DNA from: Myxococcota bacterium | Lineage (GTDB): Bacteria > Myxococcota_A > UBA796 > SXON01 | Length of the DNA: 64,000 nucleotides | Assembly: GCA_040386535.1 (NCBI GenBank) | Contig: JAZKFH010000032.1 | Location: forward strand, 64,001-128,000 | Direction of reading: 5' to 3' | Part shown: positions 48,768 through 56,305 of the stretch, one piece after another | Numbering within the stretch: position 1 is the stretch's first letter | Layout: every line of letters starts with the position of its first letter | Program-made: the position numbers and the translations under genes | The notes under the pieces: generated by a model | Told to the model about the DNA's origin: nothing | Database searches by the model: none | The model's input: only the letters and a program-made list of their open reading frames with translations

Positions 48768-50125
48768 TTCGCCGCGTCACGCGCGGCGGCTGCACCTCGA
48801 ACTTCACCGCTTCGGTCGTGGCCCATCCGGCCGCGCCTGTCGACCTCGGCGAGCAGCTCCTCCATCGACGCGCCCGTCAGATCCACCTGCGGGGCCGCCC
48901 CCGGTCCGGCAAACTGCAGCACGTTCCCGCCGACGCCCGGGAGCGCGGCCGCGAGCCCGGCGTTGAACATCGCTGCTCGCTTCGCCGACGCACGGACGGT
49001 GCGGTAGCTCTTGAGCGCGACCTCCGGGCTGTGTCCCAGGATTTTCCCCGCCGTACCGGGGTCGACGCGCGCGTCGTGTAGGAGGTCCTCGGCCATTCGG
49101 CGCAGCGCGTGGGGGGTAAAAAGCGGGGTGCCCGCGGCCTTGCACGCGAGATCGAGGTGCCTCTGGACGGTCGACTCGTGGAGTCCTTTGTACGCGCCGC
49201 GCCGCATCCTGAGGTGCTCCGGCGGTGCCAGGATCAGCGGCTCATCCTGATTCTCGGCCTTCTTTCGTTCAACGACCCACGGCATGTGTCGCGGGTGGAT
49301 GGGCATGTCCCGCCACTTCCGGCCTTTCCCAAAGAGGTGGTAGAACCCCGCTTGGGGATCTGCATCGCGGACCAGAAGTTGGCGGAGCACCTCGCCCCGC
49401 CGTGCGCCGGTCCATGCGATGAGCTCTGCCGCCAGCCCGATTTCTGCCGGCAATCGCTCCAGTACCGCCCGCGCCTCGTGAGGGAGCGGCGTGTAGTGAT
49501 TGTTGACCCAGCGATCGTGGTCGACGTGCACGGGGTTGTGCCATTGCCACGCGACCCACCCGAAGCGTTTTCCCCATGCCCCTGCGAACACGAGGACGTT
49601 CACTTCGAAATGGACGGTCCGATCACTCTTGGACGGGGTCTTGTCCTTGTGACGCCGGTTCACCGCGTACTGGCGTACAACGGCCTCGTCCACCTGGGAG
49701 AGAAGGACCTCCGTCAACCACGCCTTGAGGTGCCCGACCGCGTACTCGTACTTTTCGAATGACGACGGGGAGATCAGCCCCTCGGCGTTCGGCCGCTCGC
49801 GCGGATCTCCCTCCCAGATGTCCTGCCGCCGCTGGTCGATGTACCGATCGAGCAGCTCACCCACTGTCTTCGGGATCCCGGGGGCCTCCGATGGGGCGGA
49901 CTGGCGGAACTCGTGGACGAGCGCCCCCGCGGCCTCGCGGAGCACGGCCTCTCCCCCTTCGGGGAACCAGCCCATGCTCCGCTCCCACCGCCTCCCTCCC
50001 GGAAGCGGGGCCCGTGCCTGCCAATACCACTCGCAGACCTCCGCGTTCGTCCGCGAGCGGACAGGGCGAAGGCTCAGCGGCGCGTGCTCGATGGTCGTCG
50101 GGCGGATCTTCTTTTTGGGCGGCAA
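48764..50125 (-). CDS. tyrosine recombinase/integrase
   Basis: TGARRGEVL, GKGRK, TPHALRR, ILGHS, ALKSY; probable TTG start 50125 after AAGGAG. Confidence 0.88.
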   Translation of the reverse strand: MPPKKKIRPTTIEHAPLSLRPVRSRTNAEVCEWYWQARAPLPGGRRWERSMGWFPEGGEAVLREAAGALVHEFRQSAPSEAPGIPKTVGELLDRYIDQRRQDIWEGDPRERPNAEGLISPSSFEKYEYAVGHLKAWLTEVLLSQVDEAVVRQYAVNRRHKDKTPSKSDRTVHFEVNVLVFAGAWGKRFGWVAWQWHNPVHVDHDRWVNNHYTPLPHEARAVLERLPAEIGLAAELIAWTGARRGEVLRQLLVRDADPQAGFYHLFGKGRKWRDMPIHPRHMPWVVERKKAENQDEPLILAPPEHLRMRRGAYKGLHESTVQRHLDLACKAAGTPLFTPHALRRMAEDLLHDARVDPGTAGKILGHSPEVALKSYRTVRASAKRAAMFNAGLAAALPGVGGNVLQFAGPGAAPQVDLTGASMEELLAEVDRRGRMGHDRSGEVRGAAAARDAAK

Positions 50126-50633
50126 CTTCAGCTCCTTGAAGGACCGCGACCCAGTCGCGGAAGGGGGCGCGCCACGTCCGTGCCGAGTCAGCGCGGGTGG
50201 CGGTTCGCGGGGTGCGGCGAGAGACGGCCTGCTCGTTGCGCCCGAACACATCCGCGATCTCCTGCGCGGAGCACGGCGTGTCCGGGGCCGCGTGGAGTGC
50301 CGCGCGTGCGAGCAGGCGCAGGACACGCCGGGCGCGGCGCTCCGCGGGGTCTGCCTCCGAGCGGAGTTCCTTCAGCGGCCGAGCCGTGTCGGCCCATTCC
50401 GCCGCGGAGCATCGCCCCACGACGATCGGAGGGACCATCCCGAGTCGGCGGTAGCACGCCTCGAAGTGACGACGCTCCACGAGCACGTCCAGATCACCGA
50501 GATCCTCTGGGATGCATCCCGGGCGCAACCGCACTACCGGGACCTCGAGACCGGACGAAGAGTCGAGGACGTCCCACACCTCCGCGATGGCCTCGCTACA
50601 AAAAGGGTGGTCAACTCGTTGACGGCGGCTCAT
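49857..50633 (-). CDS. hypothetical HTH-containing protein (Cro/Xis-like?)
   Basis: SAQEIADVFGRNEQAVSRR; upstream of the integrase and divergent from XRE; 3' part overlaps the integrase so the end is uncertain. Confidence 0.5.
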   Translation of the reverse strand: MSRRQRVDHPFCSEAIAEVWDVLDSSSGLEVPVVRLRPGCIPEDLGDLDVLVERRHFEACYRRLGMVPPIVVGRCSAAEWADTARPLKELRSEADPAERRARRVLRLLARAALHAAPDTPCSAQEIADVFGRNEQAVSRRTPRTATRADSARTWRAPFRDWVAVLQGAEVAAQKEDPPDDHRARAAEPSPCPLADERGGLRVVLAGTGPASGREAVGAEHGLVPRRGRGRAPRGRGGARPRVPPVRPIGGPRDPEDSG

Positions 50634-50653
50634 ACAGGAGCGATCGTATCAAC

Positions 50654-51310
50654 ATGGATGAAATGATCCACAAATCCACGACTGAGCCCTTCGGCGCCCT
50701 GGTGCGAAGGCTCCGGGAGCGACGCGGACTGACGCAGGCTCAGCTGGACCGCGCGACGGGCCGGAAACCCTCTTGGACCAATCATCTGGAGGCGGGGACA
50801 ACCCCCACGCCGGATCAGGAAACGTGTACGCGCCTGGCGCACGCACTCGGCGTCGACGGAGCCGAATTCTGGCGATCGGCTTCGTACGCGAGACTCGCGG
50901 AGACCGATCCGGAGGCGCTCCGCACGGTCCTGGCCGATCGCGACGAACAGCGCGCCGTTTCCGCCGAGCTCGGGGACGACGAGCGGCGCCTGGTTCTGGC
51001 GCTCCGGCGCATCGACATCGGAGCGGGCCGACCGGAGGGCCGTACCGCTGCGTCCCTCGTTCGGCTGGCCAACCTCGTCTTGACCCGCGGGCACCCCGCG
51101 GCGACGAGCGGCCCTGATGTTCAGGCGGCCGCGCGCGCACTCGACGCCCTGGACGAGTCGAGCCACCACGCCGCGCGGGCCGCCCTGGACATCGTCGTGC
51201 GCATCGGGCACATCCTCGAGGCCGAGAAAGAGCGACTCGGCCTGGCGCCCGCCGGGCCACCTCCACCGCCTCGTCGGAGAAGGGGGCGCCCCTCGGAGGA
51301 TTCGGCATGA
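50654..51310 (+). CDS. XRE-family HTH regulator with C-terminal extension
   Basis: FGALVRRLRERRGLTQAQLDRATG...NHLEAG...RLAHALGV. Confidence 0.85.
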   Translation: MDEMIHKSTTEPFGALVRRLRERRGLTQAQLDRATGRKPSWTNHLEAGTTPTPDQETCTRLAHALGVDGAEFWRSASYARLAETDPEALRTVLADRDEQRAVSAELGDDERRLVLALRRIDIGAGRPEGRTAASLVRLANLVLTRGHPAATSGPDVQAAARALDALDESSHHAARAALDIVVRIGHILEAEKERLGLAPAGPPPPPRRRRGRPSEDSA

Positions 51311-52476
51311 GCGGCTGCCTGACCGACGCCACCTCGACGGCGGGGCTCAAGGCCCTCGCTCGTGAGCGGCCCGGGGATTGGCGCGACATCCTCCTGGATC
51401 GCACCCCCGAAGTTCGTTGGCATCCCCACGTGACCGTCGCCGAGGTGCTCGCCGCCGGCCGCGTCGGCGGCTTGCTGCCAGACTCCACGACATCCCCCGG
51501 TGTCCTCGCTGCCAGACGCACGATCGCGCACCAGCTTGCGCTCCGCTTCGGTCGAACGCGGATCGTTGACGTTGACGAGCAGCTCCTCGCGAAAGCGGCC
51601 ATCTGGCTGCTCTCCCGGAAGCGGGATTCGGATGCGGTCCCGTCGGCGGCACAGCCCCCCTGGACGCACGCGCACGGGCGCCGCGCCGCGACCCTGCTCC
51701 GCCTCGTGGGGCGGTCCTCACAGATCGCGCTTGGTCTCCGACCGATAGTTCGATTGCGCTCCCCGCAGGTTCCGGGGCGATCGCCCGCAGCGCAACCCGT
51801 TCACACTGCACGGTGGCCCCAGGTGCGCCGCCTGCTCGAGTGCTCCGATGAGCGGCTCGCCGCCGTGATTGTGCTCGTCTACGGCGCCGGAATGACGGAG
51901 CGGCAAGTGCTCCGGCTCAGAGTCCGCGACCTCCGCCTACCCAGGAAAGAGGTCGTCGTTCGTCCATCAGGGCTCCGAGGACCGGGCGCCCAAGCGCCGA
52001 CGCTTCGGCGTCCAATCCCCGATTGGAGCCTGTCCGCTCTCCACCGCGCGTTCCCGGAGCTTGGATTGCGCGATGGCATGGAGCTCCTCTTCCCGTCAAC
52101 AATTGATGACATGCGCCCGCGGGCCACGTTCACCTCCTCCCTTGTTCGTGCGAACCAGAACGCCGGTCTCCAGCCGGCCGTCGACTTCGCCGCGCTTCTC
52201 CGGGGCCACCCGCCCCTCGTGCAGCATCCGGCGAGCACGCGAGCCTCTGAACCACGTTCCCGCGCGAACGGGGCGTCGGCACCGCATCCGGCACGACCGC
52301 CGCGGATGTCGAGCCCGCGCTCACTCGTTCCTTCAGGATTCGAACCGATCGACCTGCTCGCATCCCTGCGGTCCTCGCCTATGACTGACTCCACGTGCCG
52401 GGCCCAAGGACCGCCCGCCGCGGGCAATCCGTCACGGGGTCAGGGCGTGGGTCGCCTCCCCTCGCGCCGCCGGTAG
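51307..52476 (+). CDS. catalytically degenerate tyrosine-recombinase-like protein B (paralogue of 47142-48767)
   Basis: YGAGMTERQVLRLRVRDL, LLFPS, DFAALLRG; shares GLK.L.RE.P.DW, TV.E.L.AG, LLPD.T and PIDLL.S with protein A. Confidence 0.75.
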   Translation: MSGCLTDATSTAGLKALARERPGDWRDILLDRTPEVRWHPHVTVAEVLAAGRVGGLLPDSTTSPGVLAARRTIAHQLALRFGRTRIVDVDEQLLAKAAIWLLSRKRDSDAVPSAAQPPWTHAHGRRAATLLRLVGRSSQIALGLRPIVRLRSPQVPGRSPAAQPVHTARWPQVRRLLECSDERLAAVIVLVYGAGMTERQVLRLRVRDLRLPRKEVVVRPSGLRGPGAQAPTLRRPIPDWSLSALHRAFPELGLRDGMELLFPSTIDDMRPRATFTSSLVRANQNAGLQPAVDFAALLRGHPPLVQHPASTRASEPRSRANGASAPHPARPPRMSSPRSLVPSGFEPIDLLASLRSSPMTDSTCRAQGPPAAGNPSRGQGVGRLPSRRR

Positions 52477-52508
52477 GCCTGGCGCCCGCTTTCCTCCAAG
52501 GTGACGAC

Positions 52509-53168
52509 TCAGAAACCCGACGGTGTGGTGTCATCGTACCGCTGGGTCACCTTGGCGCACGGAACCCCGAGGCCGGTGTTGAGCATCACCTTGAGCCCGT
52601 GCTCCTCCAAGTAGGGGACCATGGCCGCGAAGACCCCCTTGTAGACGCGACCCCTCACGTCCGCACCCAGGAGCGAAACGAGCGCGAGCTCGGCGGCCGG
52701 CCTGTTCTTGATCCTGACGGCGGCCTCCGCCGGGTCGTCCAGATGGATTGCGAGCATCCAACGAGCGCCGAAGTCGTCCGAGTCCCGCTCGGTCGGCTGC
52801 GGGTCCGCGGGCGACGCCGGATCCCACGAGTACCATCCCGAGTGCCGCCCGCTGTACACAGCGTGGATCTGCCGTACCCGGCCTGTCACCTCCAACTCCT
52901 CCATCCGAGCGCGGATCCGCTGCATCGCGAAGTCATAGACCATCGCCTCCTCCACATCCCCCAGGAACCCAGCCGTCGCCGCGTGCACAAGGCCCCCCAG
53001 TGGATCGGCGGCGAAGGCCTCACCGGGGTTCCACAAGACGACCTGGAGGTCCAGGTCGCAACCTTTCGCCTGCACCGCCGGTGGCGCCAGGAGGGCGGCG
53101 ACGACGACGAGGGCGCGGATGATCGGTATGCGCGTGGGCGCCGGCGAACGGACGGTCGCTTCGTTCAT
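52509..53168 (-). CDS. hypothetical secreted protein
   Basis: Signal peptide RALVVVAALLAPPAVQA; protein-like ORF. Confidence 0.6.
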   Translation of the reverse strand: MNEATVRSPAPTRIPIIRALVVVAALLAPPAVQAKGCDLDLQVVLWNPGEAFAADPLGGLVHAATAGFLGDVEEAMVYDFAMQRIRARMEELEVTGRVRQIHAVYSGRHSGWYSWDPASPADPQPTERDSDDFGARWMLAIHLDDPAEAAVRIKNRPAAELALVSLLGADVRGRVYKGVFAAMVPYLEEHGLKVMLNTGLGVPCAKVTQRYDDTTPSGF

Positions 53169-53303
53169 GAGGGTCTCCAGGGACGTCGGCGACGCAGCAG
53201 CACCCGCCAAGCGCTACCTTTACCATGATCCATGACAAGACGGCCTCCATGACTGCCTCTTGTCGCTGTCGGGGATCAAGAGGTGACCCTATCCTCCGCC
53301 GCC

Positions 53304-53657
53304 ATGCAGGATCCCGTCACCGCGGACGCCGCGCGGCGCATTCGCGAGCTGCGGAAGCGCGCGGGCTTGTCCATCGAAGCGCTCGCCGAACGTGCGGAGA
53401 TGCCGCCAGACACATTGGCGCGCATCGAGCGCGGCAGCCGGTCCCCGACGCTCCGGACCGTCGGCCGGATCGCGGCCGGGCTGGGCGTCGAGCCCGTCAC
53501 GATTTTCTGGACGGAGGCGGTCGCTTCGGTTCCGGGGGGTCAAATGCCTGAACACGTTCTCGAACTCGTCCAGCTCGTGGCGGGCCGGCCTCCCCGTGAC
53601 CGTGCTCGGGTTCTGCGTGTTGCCCGTGCACTCCTCGCGGAGGAAGACGACGGTTGA
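53304..53657 (+). CDS. XRE-family HTH regulator
   Basis: RIRELRKRAGLSIEALAERA...ARIERG..PTLRTV.RIAAGLGV. Confidence 0.88.
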   Translation: MQDPVTADAARRIRELRKRAGLSIEALAERAEMPPDTLARIERGSRSPTLRTVGRIAAGLGVEPVTIFWTEAVASVPGGQMPEHVLELVQLVAGRPPRDRARVLRVARALLAEEDDG

Positions 53658-53705
53658 GACTGGCGGATGCAACCCGCGATGTGCGGGGAGGAGGCCCCTC
53701 GTCCG

Positions 53706-54050
53706 CTACCCAGTCGTGACCAGCGCCAGCAACGCTCGGCGAAGGCGCAGCTGGGTGTCGGGGTCCGTCGGCGGAAGCAGCCGGAGGAACGCATCCAGAA
53801 CGGCGTCCCGTGGGTCGCCGGTAGACTCCGACGGGAAGAGCTCGAAGGGCTGTACCTCCAGCACCTCTGCGATCATCACGAGAGACCGCAGGGATGGCTC
53901 CTGCCGCGCGCATTCGATCCGGTTGAGGCTAACAATCGACAGCTTCGAGCGACGTGCGAGCTCGGCCTGCGACAAGCCGCGCCGTGTGCGCAGCTCGCGG
54001 ATGCGTCTGCCTGTCTCGATGACGAATTCATCTGGGGTCACCGCCGCCAT
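53706..54050 (-). CDS. XRE-family HTH regulator
   Basis: GRRIRELRTRRGLSQAELA...NRIE...PSLRSL..IAEVLEV. Confidence 0.88.
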   Translation of the reverse strand: MAAVTPDEFVIETGRRIRELRTRRGLSQAELARRSKLSIVSLNRIECARQEPSLRSLVMIAEVLEVQPFELFPSESTGDPRDAVLDAFLRLLPPTDPDTQLRLRRALLALVTTG

Positions 54051-54111
54051 CTAACCGGTGGGCGGCGGTCGAGTTATTAGACAAGCGCTCATATCATTAT
54101 ACTAAGCGACC

Positions 54112-54993
54112 ATGCCCAAGGAGTTCGGCATGGCTCTCACCTCCCTCCTCGACAACCCTGACACCCGCCGCGCGCTCTCACCCTTCATCGCGAAAGTCGA
54201 GGTGCCGGCTGCGTTCCCATGTGTCCTTGCACCGGGCGCGCACCCGCAGATCGTCGGCACGGCCATCGAGTACGCTCTGTACGCCGGCCTCTCCGCACTT
54301 CGGCAGGTCGTCGGCGAGCCGCGTGCCGCCAGGATTGGTGCTGACCGCATCGAGGCGTGGTCTCCTGCCCTCCTCCGCTCCTTCGGCCTCGGCGACATGC
54401 GAACGCGCGTGGAGCACGCGGAGACCGCACTCCGGCGGCAACACTCAGCGGACACCCTGGCTCCCGCGGTCGCTCGCGCCTGCCTCGTGCTTGCGCGGGT
54501 GGCTGCGGTGGCACGCGCCGAGCTCTGGTTCCTGTCGCACCTGCCGAGCCGTGGCGCCGCCATCGTCGCCCAGCCCTCCGACGACGAGATCGCCGAGCTT
54601 CGCGACCTCTATGCCCGCCTGCCCTTCGCGGAGCTCCTGGGCTCCGAGCGCATCGTCTTCAGCCCGACGTTCGGCGAGGGCAGCCGACGTGTGGGCGGCG
54701 CGGTCGGAGACCTGATCGTCGACGACCTCCTCATCGAGCTCAAGACTCGGGCACGCTGCCGGGCCACGGCGAAGGACTTGCGCCAGCTCATCGCCTACGC
54801 GGGCTTCGCCAACCGCTTCGGGATCGACGGGCTCGCAGAGGCCCCGCGCATCGAGCAGGTGGGGGTGTTGTTCCCGCGAGCGGGGCGGTTGTGGACGACT
54901 CCCCTGCGTCGCCTCGTCACCGAGGGCTGCGAAGCGTGTGTGGTCGAGGTCCTCCTGGCTCGCTCGGGCGCGCCCCTCGGGGAGGCCAGATGA
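54112..54993 (+). CDS. RecB-like PD-(D/E)XK nuclease-family protein
   Basis: VGTAIEY; PTFG...GGAVGDLIVDDLLIELKT...RQLIAYA. Confidence 0.75.
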   Translation: MPKEFGMALTSLLDNPDTRRALSPFIAKVEVPAAFPCVLAPGAHPQIVGTAIEYALYAGLSALRQVVGEPRAARIGADRIEAWSPALLRSFGLGDMRTRVEHAETALRRQHSADTLAPAVARACLVLARVAAVARAELWFLSHLPSRGAAIVAQPSDDEIAELRDLYARLPFAELLGSERIVFSPTFGEGSRRVGGAVGDLIVDDLLIELKTRARCRATAKDLRQLIAYAGFANRFGIDGLAEAPRIEQVGVLFPRAGRLWTTPLRRLVTEGCEACVVEVLLARSGAPLGEAR

Positions 54994-55709
54994 TCTCCAA
55001 CCCCTTCGATCGAGCCCAGAAGCTCGCAGCCCACGGCTCCTACGACACGAATGAGGGACGCATTGCGCGACGGTTCCTCGCGGTGCTCCTCGCGGCGCAT
55101 CCGACAGTCGGCGCGACGATCGGCTGGCACGTAGGGGCGAATGGAGAGGCCGCCCGTGGCGCGGGTCCGGCCCAGGCCTCCAAACGCGCGCCTTCCCCAC
55201 CCAAACGCGCGGCCCCTCGCCCGGCCCGCCCTCCGCCGCCGCCTCCAGAGGACACCCGCCGGTTCCAGCTCCGCACGCCACACCAAGTTCATCTGGCCAG
55301 CGCGCTCCGGGCGAAACACGGCGTCCGGATTCGGTACATCCAGGGGATCACGCCCGGCGAATCGATGCAGGTCGAGGTCACCGGACCGGCACCCACTGTC
55401 GCCGCGTACGAGGAGGAATGGTCGCGCTGTGGCGACGCCCTCGAAGCGATTCTCGATGAGATTTCCGCCATGTTCGCCGACGAGCTCTTCCCAGGCGCCA
55501 TCCTGGAGTGGGAGCCGAGCGCCCTGGCGGAGCCCAATCCCGAAAATCCGGAGGCCGTGAAGCGCCCGAAGCGCAACGCGTGGATGCTCCGCGCGATGGA
55601 GTGGGAGCGCCGGGTTCGACGGATGCGGGCGTTCATCCCCCTGGAGCGGTTCCGCCCGGTGGCGAGGGAGGCGGTGCGGGTGGCGTTGTGGAACAAGGGT
55701 GGGGGGTGA
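54990..55709 (+). CDS. hypothetical protein, N-terminus DUF2786-like
   Basis: GGAGG RBS, ATGA overlap; DRAQKLAAHG...NEGRIARRFLAVLLAAH. Confidence 0.6.
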   Translation: MISNPFDRAQKLAAHGSYDTNEGRIARRFLAVLLAAHPTVGATIGWHVGANGEAARGAGPAQASKRAPSPPKRAAPRPARPPPPPPEDTRRFQLRTPHQVHLASALRAKHGVRIRYIQGITPGESMQVEVTGPAPTVAAYEEEWSRCGDALEAILDEISAMFADELFPGAILEWEPSALAEPNPENPEAVKRPKRNAWMLRAMEWERRVRRMRAFIPLERFRPVAREAVRVALWNKGGG

Positions 55710-56305
55710 TGTGGTGGGCGGGAGCCATACAGTATTGACAGGGAGGACGTCGACACCCGGCGGCCCCCTCTCTCGGAGAGGTGACACGGAGGGCCCGGCG
55801 AGGCCACCATAGACGGGTCCACTAAGTTCTTCGAGGACGTTTGCAGGCGAACGTTCGCGAAGCTTCCGCGGCTCGTCGAGCACCGCGAGGGGGCCGGTCT
55901 GCTCGCCGAAGAAGCGGCCGAGCACGCGTACGTCCTCGCGCGCGTCGCCCAGCACAGGACTTGACAGACGCAGCGCGCGGTGCTGAGCTTGTTTTGCTCG
56001 CTGTCCTTGGTGTCCAGTTGCTCGCTACGTAGCTTCAGGCCGCAGGCGCGAAGACGCCGAGGCAATTCGTCCTGACCCGTGGTTCATTGCGGCGGACGTT
56101 GCGCCGGCCGCCACCCAGGGCAGTCCCACTGGTTGGCCGGGCTCATTCGAGTAGAGCGCGTGCGAGTGCGTCTCCCCCCGGGGTCAGGGCGTCTCCCGCG
56201 CGCGTTGCTCGCCCTCCCGCAGAGGTTCGACGCCTCGTTGACCACGATCCACCTTTCCATCGCGCGCAGCTAGGGCCAGCTAGGCACGCCGTGAGCCCTC
56301 CCGGG

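Noticed and set aside
54071..54105. Sigma70 promoter TAGACA/TATACT
   Set aside because: Spacer is 14 bp, too short; only AT-richness is supportable.
55710..56300. Possible decayed gene on the minus strand
   Set aside because: Short protein-like patches in several frames but no recognisable family or consistent ORF.
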